From a virus (Duplodnaviria > Heunggongvirae > Uroviricota > Caudoviricetes): a stretch of 21,487 bases of DNA. The notes under the pieces are model-generated. The model was not told the origin of the DNA. It did no database searches and was given only the letters and a program-made list of their open reading frames with translations. Where the stretch lies: positions 1 to 21,487 of IMG/VR virus record IMGVR_UViG_2703718857_000003, one strand, 5' to 3'. Position numbers and translations under genes: made by a program. This document shows positions 1 to 8,418 of this stretch, piece after piece. Position 1 is the stretch's first letter; the number at the start of each line of letters is the position of its first letter.

Positions 1-219
1 TTACATCCACATAATTTGCTGCCCTGACGGCAACGGGTGCGGCCTTACGGCGTGGACTTTTCCCGGCTTCACAATGTATCGCTGTACCGACTCATAAGTG
101 ATGAACGTGGCGCTGCAATTCACGTTCTGACACTGGTGATAACGCTCTTTTGTCGTGTCAGTGATATAGCGACTTGTACGCGCATGTGCGGCATGCTGAC
201 ATAAAGGACAATGAAACAT
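1..219 (-). CDS. ogr: Ogr late-gene transcriptional activator (zinc-finger)
   Basis: 72-aa product from internal ATG of the 1..282 ORF (MFHCPLCQHAAHARTSRYITDTTKERYHQCQNVNCSATF...), a Cys-x2-Cys...Cys-x4-Cys zinc-finger pattern; length and sequence match my recollection of P2 Ogr. GAGG Shine-Dalgarno 9 nt upstream of the ATG at 219. Confidence 0.85.
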   Translation of the reverse strand: MFHCPLCQHAAHARTSRYITDTTKERYHQCQNVNCSATFITYESVQRYIVKPGKVHAVRPHPLPSGQQIMWM

Positions 220-253
220 CGCGAGCACCTCTTCCGGTTTTGTTGATGGTGCC

Positions 254-282
254 ATTTTAGTTAATTTACCCTTATAAAACAA
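254..282 (-). promoter_or_regulatory. Candidate sigma70 promoter for ogr (-35 TTGTTT, 17-bp spacer, -10 TAAAAT on minus strand)
   Basis: Read on the minus strand upstream of the ogr ATG: TTGTTT-17 nt-TAAAAT. Hexamer match only; no experimental support. Confidence 0.35.
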
Positions 283-300
283 ACAGATAAAATAAAAACA

Positions 301-1464
301 TCACTCATTATCTTCTGTTTCGTACTCCACATCAGAAAGCCTGACCTCAAGCTCTAAGGACGTCGTGAAGCCGCTATTATTCAGAAAGTGTGTCACCTTA
401 GTGATTGTCCAGTCCTGCTCGTCTATGACGCGCTTAAAGCCAGACACTTTGACCGGTGTTTCCGTGTAAATATCTGCCCGACCGGTAGCCAGGCTGATGG
501 AGAACTCCGCGACGCCCCGTTGCAGTTTGTCCCACTTCGCCTGAGCGGCGCGCATGGCCTGCGCTTTCGTGGCATATACCGTGGTCAGGGCAAAAACGTT
601 GTCAGCCTCACCTGCCATGTATTCACCTTCGCGCGCTTCCGATACTTTTGGCGCTTTCTTCTGCGTGACTGGTTTCGCTTTCGGGTGTTCCAGTGCGCGC
701 AGGTGTTTTTCTTTCTTTTTGCGTTTCAGTTTTACCTTCTGCTTTTGTGGCTTCGGGTCTTTGGTGTGTAACCACTTTGCCGTTACGCCGGTATAGGCTC
801 CACGGTCAGCAATCGCAAAATGATGGCGGTCGCCGTCGCTGCGGGTGATGGTAATCTGCGGGATTTTTTTACCGCTGGCCGTCACCCCCTGCCCCGCTTT
901 GAGAAACAGCAGTTTTCCCATTTTTACCGACACCTCACCGCCGTTGCGTTCTGCAAGACGGGTCAGGAATTTTGCATCAGACTCCTGCGACTGGTCGATG
1001 TGCGGGATTTTAATTCCGGCCAGTGACGGAGCGACACTGGCTTCCAGCCTGTTACGGGAGGCTATCGCCTCAACAATCGCACCGAGCGTGGTGTCATGCC
1101 AGGAGCCTTCACGGCGGGAATTGAGCGTGCCACGAAAATCTGCACTCCGGGCACGGATGGTGACAACATCCGGCGCGCCCCGGTGTTCTACCTCATCAAC
1201 GGTGAATTTCCCTTTGCATACCAGGGCAAAACCTTTCCAGCCGATATACACCGTCAGGACAGCGCCACGAACCGGCAGTTCGACCTGCCCGTCGGCATCG
1301 TTCAGTTCAATATCAAGCTGGTCAGCCTCAAAGCCCCGGTTATCCGTCAGAGTCATGCTCATCAGACGGTCGCTGATATTGCCGGTAATATCCCTGCTGT
1401 CGAGCATCAGCATGTAATCCGGCGTCAGCGTACTGCCTGCATCAAATGTCAGCGCATCCGGCAT
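301..1464 (-). CDS. D: Tail protein D (P2 gpD-like)
   Basis: 387-aa ORF, same length as P2 gpD; position between U and ogr as in P2; start overlaps the U stop. Confidence 0.8.
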   Translation of the reverse strand: MPDALTFDAGSTLTPDYMLMLDSRDITGNISDRLMSMTLTDNRGFEADQLDIELNDADGQVELPVRGAVLTVYIGWKGFALVCKGKFTVDEVEHRGAPDVVTIRARSADFRGTLNSRREGSWHDTTLGAIVEAIASRNRLEASVAPSLAGIKIPHIDQSQESDAKFLTRLAERNGGEVSVKMGKLLFLKAGQGVTASGKKIPQITITRSDGDRHHFAIADRGAYTGVTAKWLHTKDPKPQKQKVKLKRKKKEKHLRALEHPKAKPVTQKKAPKVSEAREGEYMAGEADNVFALTTVYATKAQAMRAAQAKWDKLQRGVAEFSISLATGRADIYTETPVKVSGFKRVIDEQDWTITKVTHFLNNSGFTTSLELEVRLSDVEYETEDNE

Positions 1465-1943
1465 TATCCCACCCCCGTCATCCCCGTGAATTTAGTCGCC
1501 ATACTGCCAGCCTTACCGATGAGCGACTCCGCCTGTTTACCGATATCGCCATAAAGCGCGGCCAGTGATTCGTCAACGCGGGTGAGCGACAGCGTAAAAT
1601 CAATTTTTCGGGGTGTGCCGTCTGCAAAGAAAATACTCCCTGTTTCACTCACCCTGCTGATGACATACATGCCGTAAATCATGCCAGTGCCATCCAGCAA
1701 CGGCCACGCCCGGCCTTCATCTGCCATCAGCCTGAGCGTGGTCATCGTCAGCTTTCCGCCGGTCAGTTCGGGATAAAGCACACCGGCAAGCGTCATGTTT
1801 TCCTCACCCACACCGAGAAACTGGTAGGCCTCCCGTTTACCGATACGGGAATTTGACGGCCAGCGATAATCTGATTCACGCTGCATGGTCTGGTGTGGCA
1901 GCGTCTGGCGCATAAAAACAAACATACCTAACGCGAGCATCAT
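1464..1943 (-). CDS. U: Tail protein U (P2 gpU-like)
   Basis: 159-aa ORF, same length as P2 gpU; synteny T-U-D-ogr. Confidence 0.8.
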   Translation of the reverse strand: MMLALGMFVFMRQTLPHQTMQRESDYRWPSNSRIGKREAYQFLGVGEENMTLAGVLYPELTGGKLTMTTLRLMADEGRAWPLLDGTGMIYGMYVISRVSETGSIFFADGTPRKIDFTLSLTRVDESLAALYGDIGKQAESLIGKAGSMATKFTGMTGVG

Positions 1944-1957
1944 TTTTCGTCACCTCC

Positions 1958-2968
1958 TTAACCGTCATGCATCATGCTGGCACGGGCGCGCGCACGTTTA
2001 TCCCGCTCGTATTTTTCGAGCGCATCCTGTAACTGGCGGTCAAGCTGTGTCCCCGGCTCAGTACCACCCGTCAGGCTGATGTGATATTCGTTTTTACTCT
2101 GGTCTACATAAGAGCGGCCAGCCGGTGCCGTGACCGGCTGATAAGCCTGATAGCCTGCATAAGAGCTGGTCGCCGGAATATAACCACCGGTGCCATACGT
2201 GGCGGCATTAGTCCTTGCGGCGGTCTGGTCAAGTGTGTCTGACTCTTTGTTGATAACACCGAGTTTTTCCAGTACCCAGTCAATACCACTGCGCAGTTTG
2301 TTGAACGCATTAAGCGGCAGCATCAACGCGTCAGCCAGTGCCTGCCCGAACATGACGCCCGTGTCACGGCAACGGTTCAGGGTGTCCTGTGTGGCTTTAA
2401 CCGGGGCAATCAGGTTTTTAAACCACTGCCACGCGGCCTGTAACTTTTCGCCCAGCCAGTCAAACACCGGCTTCAGTGGCGTGAACAGTTCTCCCACCGG
2501 CGCAAATGCCGCTTTCAGCCCTTCCACCACACCGCCAAAGAATGCGCTGACAGGCTCCCAGTATTTACGGATAAGCAACGCCCCGGCGACAATGGCGGCC
2601 ACCACGGCCACAACCGGCCAGCTAATCGCCCCGATGGCCGTCATAACAGCACTGCCAACCGTCGTGAAGATTGCCCCCATTGCGCCTGCTGCCGCGATGA
2701 TGGCATTGATGCCAGTGATAACCGGCCAGGCTACGAGGCCAATGGCACCGATGACAGCAGTCAGCGCCAGTGCGCCACCGGCAATGAGGCCGATGGTTGA
2801 CGCCAGTGATTTGTTTTTCTGGATCCAGCCATCGAGTTTTAACACATACTTTGTGGCCGTCTGTGTGAGATTACGCAGTGCGCCTTCCTGCTGGTCAAAC
2901 AGGTCAGTCCCCACCGCCTCATAAGCAGACTGAAACTCCTTAAAGTCACCGCCGAGGTTATCCTGCAT
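1958..2968 (-). pseudogene. T: Tail tape-measure protein T, 3' fragment only (5' ~480 codons absent)
   Basis: 336-aa ORF with Gly/Ala-rich hydrophobic stretches typical of a tape measure, directly upstream of U. The reading frame is open upstream only as far as the lysB stop codon (3065-3067), so the N-terminal portion of an ~815-aa P2-type T cannot be present. Confidence 0.7.
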
Positions 2969-3018
2969 GATTTTAACCAGCTCTTCCGTTTTACCGTCCG
3001 AGGCTTTCAGCGTGGCGG

Positions 3019-3210
3019 TCAGCTTATCCAGTTTTCGGCACTTAAATCGCCGTTCGTCTGCGGGTCACTGCCCGGCATCGGGCAAAGGCTCACTTTCGGG
3101 CAGGCGTTGGGGACAATCACTGGCGTCGGTGCAGGCGTGGCGCTGGTGCAACCGGCGCACAGCATCAGGCAGGTCAGCACCGTACCAGCGGCGAAAATCT
3201 TCGTTCTCAT
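3019..3210 (-). CDS. lysC: LysC, Rz1-like lipoprotein spanin; 3' end overlaps lysB out of frame
   Basis: Product MRTKIFAAGTVLTCLMLCAGC... has a signal-peptide-like N-terminus with Cys residues (lipobox-like) and a Pro-rich tail; GAGG 8 nt upstream of the ATG at 3210. The maximal ORF extends to 3327, so the start is uncertain. Confidence 0.55.
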   Translation of the reverse strand: MRTKIFAAGTVLTCLMLCAGCTSATPAPTPVIVPNACPKVSLCPMPGSDPQTNGDLSAENWIS

Positions 3211-3490
3211 TAAGTAACCTCGTGATGGTTTTCTCGCGCTGTGCTTCACGTTTCGCGGCGTTCTCCAGTTCCTGACGCAGTGCCACCTGCGCCAGCTCGT
3301 TTTTATCTGCCCTGGTGAGCGCAACATGAAGCTGATTTTTCAGCATGGTGATGGTCGTCTGCTGACCGCTGGCGACGTTGTTCGCCCTGTCCAGCGAGGC
3401 GCGCAGGCTGGCATTTTTGTGTTTCACCAGAAACAGACCGGTCACCGCCAGCGATAACAACACGACCAGCACAATCATCAGCTTTGACAT
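3065..3490 (-). CDS. lysB: LysB, Rz-like spanin
   Basis: 141-aa ORF with an N-terminal transmembrane segment (MSKLMIVLVVLLSLAVTGLFLV) and a coiled-coil-like charged region; length equals P2 LysB; lysC lies in its +1 frame. Confidence 0.75.
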   Translation of the reverse strand: MSKLMIVLVVLLSLAVTGLFLVKHKNASLRASLDRANNVASGQQTTITMLKNQLHVALTRADKNELAQVALRQELENAAKREAQREKTITRLLNENEDFRRWYGADLPDAVRRLHQRHACTDASDCPQRLPESEPLPDAGQ

Positions 3491-3903
3491 AGTTCCCGCC
3501 CCTCAAGACGCTGACGACAGGCTTTACGTATCAGCCGGAAAAACAGCGATACCACGAGATAAATCAGTGCGGTAAAAATCCACCCGGCAGCGACCAGCGA
3601 GATAAACGTCGCCACCATCACCACCAGACCCACCGCCCGTCTGCGCCACGGCACCGGCTGCAAAAACAGCGACGTGACAATCTTCACGACCATCGATTCC
3701 GGCGGCAGCTCCCGCCCGTAGCGCTCCAGTACATACTCAGTGGCATACACGCCGACACCACAGGCAACCACACAGATAACCGTCGCCAGAATCGCCCAGG
3801 TGGCGACAAAACTGACGGCCACGCTCTGCGGGTAAATCAGGGACAGTGCCAGCATCAGCGCCAGCGACACGTTCAGCATCAGTGAAAGGGATAATTTCTT
3901 CAT
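3478..3903 (-). CDS. lysA: LysA, membrane protein of the lysis cassette (lysis timing)
   Basis: 141-aa ORF with several hydrophobic helices; length equals P2 LysA; GGAG Shine-Dalgarno upstream of the ATG. Confidence 0.7.
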   Translation of the reverse strand: MKKLSLSLMLNVSLALMLALSLIYPQSVAVSFVATWAILATVICVVACGVGVYATEYVLERYGRELPPESMVVKIVTSLFLQPVPWRRRAVGLVVMVATFISLVAAGWIFTALIYLVVSLFFRLIRKACRQRLEGRELCQS

Positions 3904-3940
3904 GGTGTTTACTCCGTTTTAAGGGCAGGGGGAAACCGTA

Positions 3941-4438
3941 ATGCCGGTTATTAACACGCATCAGAATATCGCCGCCTTTCTCGACATGCTGGCCGTGTCC
4001 GAAGGGACGGCGAACCATCCGCTGACGAAAAACCGGGGCTATGACGTGATAGTCACCGGACTGGACGGAAAGCCGGAAATTTTCACCGACTACAGTGACC
4101 ACCCGTTCGCACATGGCCGACCGGCGAAAGTGTTTAACCGTCGCGGTGAAAAATCCACGGCATCCGGTCGCTATCAGCAGCTTTACCTGTTCTGGCCGCA
4201 CTACCGCAAACAGCTTGCCCTGCCGGATTTCAGTCCGTTGTCACAGGACAGACTCGCCATTCAGTTGATCCGCGAACGCGGTGCACTGGATGACATCCGG
4301 GCGGGACGCATTGAGCGCGCCATTTCACGCTGTCGCAATATCTGGGCGTCCCTGCCGGGTGCCGGTTACGGTCAGCGTGAGCATTCACTGGAAAAACTGG
4401 TCACCGTCTGGCGTACCGCTGGCGGCGTACCGGCTTAA
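3941..4438 (+). CDS. K: Endolysin K (lambda R-like lytic transglycosylase), inverted relative to the lysis operon
   Basis: 165-aa product MPVINTHQNIAAFLDMLAVSEGT...GYDVIVTG...IWASLPGAGYGQ has clear similarity to lambda R-family lysozymes and the length of P2 gpK. It is on the opposite strand from flanking Y and lysA. Confidence 0.85.
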   Translation: MPVINTHQNIAAFLDMLAVSEGTANHPLTKNRGYDVIVTGLDGKPEIFTDYSDHPFAHGRPAKVFNRRGEKSTASGRYQQLYLFWPHYRKQLALPDFSPLSQDRLAIQLIRERGALDDIRAGRIERAISRCRNIWASLPGAGYGQREHSLEKLVTVWRTAGGVPA

Positions 4439-4696
4439 GCGGCGCTGAATGGCAATCTCAATCACCTGATAACCGGCGATACCCAGCATGGAGCCGATGC
4501 CGCACACCGCAGGCAGTGACAGGTCAGGAAACTGCACCAGAACAACACCGGCAACCATCGAGACAAAACCACCGAGCAACATGCGCCCGATAAACAGACG
4601 CGGGGTGATGGGTTCACCACCGGCAAGCACCTTGCCGACAACAATCAGCACCCCAATCATGAAAAGCGACAGGACGCTTTTTTCTTCTGCTGTCAT
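4385..4696 (-). CDS. Y: Holin Y, with C-terminus altered by the adjacent inversion
   Basis: 103-aa ORF with hydrophobic helices (LSLFMIGVLIVVGKVLAGG..., GFVSMVAGVVLVQF). The last 17 codons run through the 3' end of the inverted K segment. Confidence 0.7.
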   Translation of the reverse strand: MTAEEKSVLSLFMIGVLIVVGKVLAGGEPITPRLFIGRMLLGGFVSMVAGVVLVQFPDLSLPAVCGIGSMLGIAGYQVIEIAIQRRLSRYAASGTPDGDQFFQ

Positions 4697-4699
4697 GCG

Positions 4700-4903
4700 T
4701 TACTCCCACAGATTGACAGTTTCAGCCACGGGCGCGGTCTGAACGTCGGGCAGTTCGACGGCGGTGCCGTGCGGCAGCACCGCACCCAGTTCAGCCAGTC
4801 CCGGATTTGCGGCGAGCACAGCCTCGACCACGCCCTCAGTGCGTCCGTAATACCGGACACAGATGGCGTCGAGCGTGTCGCCCTGTAGCGCAAAGGTCTT
4901 CAT
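4700..4903 (-). CDS. X: Tail protein X (P2 gpX-like, 67 aa)
   Basis: 67 aa from the internal ATG (MKTFALQGDTLDAICVRYYGRTEG...), the length of P2 gpX; synteny L-X-Y. Confidence 0.65.
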   Translation of the reverse strand: MKTFALQGDTLDAICVRYYGRTEGVVEAVLAANPGLAELGAVLPHGTAVELPDVQTAPVAETVNLWE

Positions 4904-5412
4904 CAGATTTGACTCACGATGCAGCGCGGCTTGTCCTGGATGCGCGCCACTGCCCAGCGCATATCCCGCCACAGCTCATCAATGGTGCTGTCAATGCTGT
5001 CGGCCTTCTTGTCGCCCTTGGCACTGGCATCCACGCCGCGGTAACGCTCATAAAGCGACGCGGTCGCCATCGCACACACGGCGCGCTCGTAGTAAAAAAC
5101 TTTGATGCTTTCACCGTCGATGTCGTCCGCCGGAACGTCCGCCAGACGCGTAAAACCGGCGGCAATTGTCTGTTCGCGGTACTCGTACAGCTCCGCATTC
5201 GTCTCCGCCATGCCTGACTTGATGGCCTCACGCAGACGGGCGGGGGCGACGGTCTGCTCAAGGCGCATACGTTCCCGGACGCGCTTCGGGTCGATATCGG
5301 GAAAAAAGAACGTGTTTTTAATCACCGGCTCGTCGCCTGCCGGTTGCGGGATAACCACCGTACCCTCACCGGACACGGGAGCCTCCTTTCGCGGAATAAT
5401 CAGCGTCATCAT
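4903..5412 (-). CDS. L: Head completion/stabilisation protein L
   Basis: 169 aa from internal Met (MMTLIIP...), the length of P2 gpL; synteny M-L-X. Confidence 0.75.
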   Translation of the reverse strand: MMTLIIPRKEAPVSGEGTVVIPQPAGDEPVIKNTFFFPDIDPKRVRERMRLEQTVAPARLREAIKSGMAETNAELYEYREQTIAAGFTRLADVPADDIDGESIKVFYYERAVCAMATASLYERYRGVDASAKGDKKADSIDSTIDELWRDMRWAVARIQDKPRCIVSQI

Positions 5413-5511
5413 GACTACCTCTGAAAAGTCGGGCGGTGGACGCCGGTGTAGTGTCAGGTGATTCACCGTCACTGACCGGCGTGCCGCCCTGGCGCGGGGC
5501 GCATTCGGTTG

Positions 5512-6255
5512 TTAACTGGCTTTCTTTTTCGGGCGTCCACGTTTTGCCGGTGTCACGCTCCGGGTCTTACGCGGAGTGCGGGTGGCCGCTTTGGGCTGCG
5601 GCTCCGGCTTCGGTTTCAGCTCCCGCTCCAGTCGTTCAATCTCTTTTTTGACGCCTGCCTGACAGTCGAGCTGTGTCGCACGTTGCAGGTGCGCCAGCGC
5701 ACCGGCGGCATCACCAGCGTCACGCAGAAACAGACCGGTGATTTTGTGCAGCTTTGCGCGCACTTCATCAGGCATGTCAGCCGTGGCGGTCAGTTCGAGG
5801 GTGTCCGTCAGCAGGCGGGGATTCACAGACTCACCGGCAGCGTGAGCGCGCATGGCCGCAAGCGCCACCTCCTCGGTGAACATGTACGGCGGGGTGCGGC
5901 GGTGTTTACCCGGCATGGTCAGACCGTACTTCAGGGCATAACGGGCAATCTCCAGCGCACCGGCAATATCGCCGGTATCCAGACGCCACAGCATGACCGT
6001 CATCAGAATGTCATCCTGTGCACCTTTGCCCTGCTCCAGCACGCCGTTCACCCACGGCAACCAGAACGGCAGCAGTTCGCGTTTTTTCGCGGCCTTCAGC
6101 TCTTTTGAATAAATTGCTTTCAGTGTGCGCTGGTCTGCGGCCAGCTTGACCAGCATCTGCTCATAGACAGTTGCATGTCGCAGCGGGGCGGCTTCCCGCT
6201 GCGCGGTCATCGCTGCCGAGACCCGCATCATGTGGCGCTGTGCGGGACTCGTCAT
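5512..6255 (-). CDS. M: Terminase endonuclease (small) subunit M
   Basis: 247-aa ORF, the length of P2 gpM; basic Lys/Arg/Pro-rich C-terminus; synteny N-M-L. Confidence 0.8.
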   Translation of the reverse strand: MTSPAQRHMMRVSAAMTAQREAAPLRHATVYEQMLVKLAADQRTLKAIYSKELKAAKKRELLPFWLPWVNGVLEQGKGAQDDILMTVMLWRLDTGDIAGALEIARYALKYGLTMPGKHRRTPPYMFTEEVALAAMRAHAAGESVNPRLLTDTLELTATADMPDEVRAKLHKITGLFLRDAGDAAGALAHLQRATQLDCQAGVKKEIERLERELKPKPEPQPKAATRTPRKTRSVTPAKRGRPKKKAS

Positions 6256-6258
6256 CGG

Positions 6259-7332
6259 TTACGCTCCCGGCTCTGCGGTCGCCTTAGCCGGTGTGGAGAA
6301 ATCACCGACCTTAATTTTTTCCACCAGACAACCGGCGGCGTAGTCTTCCACCACGTAATCAATGTTCATTGACTCGTAGTTCTCCACGCGGTCGAGTTTC
6401 GGGTTTTCCTCAATCACGCGGCGATGGCTGTCATCCATGTAGTAGATGGACAGGTTTTCCAGCTTCGTGATGAGCATCGCATCCGCCGGGAAGTACGGGA
6501 CGCGTACCGCCGGCAGGTTACCGATGCGTTTCTGACTGATGATGACGTCAGCGGCCAGCATTTCGCTGTTGTCCTGCTCCTTGTTGACGATGGGGAAATA
6601 CTTGTCCGCCAGTAGCTGACGCCCCACAATCACCACAAGGTCAGGGTCTTCCTGATACCACGGCTCAATCAGGTTGTTGGTCGCATCCATCACCAGTGCA
6701 TCGAGGCTGGCATAATCACCGCCCTTACCCACGCGGATGACCTCAGAGGTCGTGTGACCTTCCTCGTCCGTAACCTTGCTCATCACGCGCGCCGGGGCTT
6801 CATTGCGGTATTTCTGCAGCCAGCCGACCGCCACATCCTGCAGCATCGGATTGCTGCTGCGGTCAGAGGTTTCTGCACGCTTCACACCGTTAAAACCGGC
6901 CATGATGAAATCAAGGGACTGGCGTTTGATAATGGCGTTACGGACACGGAGCTGGAAATCCTGATAACGCGCCCACAGGTCAAGCGTTTTGTAGCGGATA
7001 TAAAAATCGAAGTTAATCTGGTCGCATTCGTACTTGTTTGACGCCAGCTTCGAGAAGTCCTTCGGCTGACGCTCGGTGCCACCGGCGGTGTCGGTGGTGC
7101 TGGCGATGGAGCCGGTGACACCGATACCAATTTTTTCCCCTTTCATTTCGCTGACCGGCACAATGTTGATGCGGGTCAGAAAGTCAGAGGACTCCTGCAT
7201 GGTGTTCATCAGGGTCTGGGTGACCGACGGTTCAACGGTGAATTTTTTCGACACATCACCGGCGTCGATGCCGTTCAGTTCGGCAACACGGGACAGGTAA
7301 GCATTAAATTTAAAGCGGGTTTCCTGGCGCAT
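6259..7332 (-). CDS. N: Major capsid protein N
   Basis: 357-aa ORF, the length of P2 gpN; synteny O-N-M. Confidence 0.85.
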   Translation of the reverse strand: MRQETRFKFNAYLSRVAELNGIDAGDVSKKFTVEPSVTQTLMNTMQESSDFLTRINIVPVSEMKGEKIGIGVTGSIASTTDTAGGTERQPKDFSKLASNKYECDQINFDFYIRYKTLDLWARYQDFQLRVRNAIIKRQSLDFIMAGFNGVKRAETSDRSSNPMLQDVAVGWLQKYRNEAPARVMSKVTDEEGHTTSEVIRVGKGGDYASLDALVMDATNNLIEPWYQEDPDLVVIVGRQLLADKYFPIVNKEQDNSEMLAADVIISQKRIGNLPAVRVPYFPADAMLITKLENLSIYYMDDSHRRVIEENPKLDRVENYESMNIDYVVEDYAAGCLVEKIKVGDFSTPAKATAEPGA

Positions 7333-7390
7333 AGTTTTTCCTGAAATTAAGGGTTAATCGTGAAGGTTTTCCCGGACTGACTGACGCCGG

Positions 7391-8245
7391 TCAGCAGTTC
7401 GTCATCAGGGCGTCACCGCCACCACCGGTGGCCTTGCTGCGGCGCTGCTGGGTCAGACTTTCGGTGTGGTCGAGACTGTTTTTCAGGCGGGTGAATGCCT
7501 GGCTGGTTTCATCCGCCCTGTCAGTCACCTCCTGCTTAAGTGAGGAAAAGGCGGTTTCCATCTCAGCGAGGCGCTGCTCAGTGGCGCTCAGTTTTTCCTG
7601 CACATGTTCAGCGACAGCGGTCACCGCTTCATGCACGTCATTCAGACGGGCATCATCGCTGGCCTGTTTGCGGCCAAAAATGGACTTCACCTTTTCGGTC
7701 AGGGCGGTGAACACGGTTTCAGGCAGGTCTTCAAATTCCAGCTCAACAGGCGTTGCCACTGAAATCAGGTTTTCAGGGCTTAATTTGAAGCGGTTCAGGG
7801 GGTTGTGTTTTGCCGTGCGGCAGAATTCCAGGTATTCCGTGCCGAGGCTTGCCGGGTCATCGGTGACGGCCAGCCCCACCAGATAACATTTGCCGGTATT
7901 GGCAAAGTTCGGCTGAATTTCCATTGAGGTATAGACCTTCTGCGCGGCCTTGTTCATCGCGATAAGGTCATCGGTCGGGGTGATTTTCGCAAACAGCGCC
8001 CATTTGCCTTTCAGCGCCGAATCATCGTCAATCTTTTCGGCCTTCAGTTCGGCCACATCGCCATAACGCTTAAAAATACCGTCAGGCAGGATGCCGCGCA
8101 GATGTTCCAGGTTAATGCGGCAACCATAGACACGCGGGTCAAAGGTTTCGGCCATTTCCTGAATATCCTGCGCACTGATGACACGCCCGTCACAGGTGTC
8201 ACCCTCAACGCCGATACGAAAGAATTTTGAGACTTTTTTTGCCAT
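7391..8245 (-). CDS. O: Capsid scaffolding protein O
   Basis: 284 aa from the internal ATG at 8245 (MAKKVSKFFRIGVEGD...), the length of P2 gpO; coiled-coil-like C-terminus; divergent from P. Confidence 0.8.
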   Translation of the reverse strand: MAKKVSKFFRIGVEGDTCDGRVISAQDIQEMAETFDPRVYGCRINLEHLRGILPDGIFKRYGDVAELKAEKIDDDSALKGKWALFAKITPTDDLIAMNKAAQKVYTSMEIQPNFANTGKCYLVGLAVTDDPASLGTEYLEFCRTAKHNPLNRFKLSPENLISVATPVELEFEDLPETVFTALTEKVKSIFGRKQASDDARLNDVHEAVTAVAEHVQEKLSATEQRLAEMETAFSSLKQEVTDRADETSQAFTRLKNSLDHTESLTQQRRSKATGGGGDALMTNC

Positions 8246-8418
8246 TGTCAGGAGTCCTGAATAGTGATTAGAGGAGTCACATGTCGGCATCAGTTTCCCG
8301 ACGATGCGCATCCTCCGCCATCAGTCCCGGATGGCTTATCACTGACACAACAGCACCTTAGCGAATCGCGGGGCGCGACTCAGTAGCCTTGCCGTGTATT
8401 CATCACGGCGAGGTATTC
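8246..8418. promoter_or_regulatory. Divergent late-promoter region between O and P (expected Ogr-dependent)
   Basis: Position only: the intergenic space between divergent O and P start codons is where P2 carries its O- and P-operon late promoters. I could not identify the activator dyad with confidence. Confidence 0.3.

Noticed and set aside
1-282. Extended 93-aa ogr ORF starting at TTG at 282
   Set aside because: The internal ATG at 219 gives the canonical 72-aa Ogr with a good Shine-Dalgarno; the upstream extension overlaps the predicted ogr promoter.
388-1554. Plus-strand ORFs (388..771, 554..796, 820..1026, 845..1417, 1096..1554) antisense to gene D
   Set aside because: They lie entirely within the well-supported D coding region on the opposite strand, have Arg/Ser/Cys-rich low-complexity composition typical of antisense frames in GC-rich DNA, and lack ribosome-binding sites.
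2190-2924. 244-aa plus-strand ORF antisense to the tape-measure fragment
   Set aside because: Ala/Ser/Thr/Pro-rich mirror of the Gly/Ala-rich T frame; no start context; overlaps T entirely.
5509-6108. 199-aa plus-strand ORF antisense to terminase subunit M, and similar antisense ORFs in L, N and O
   Set aside because: Fully nested antisense to conserved P2 structural genes; Arg-rich composition typical of a shadow frame.
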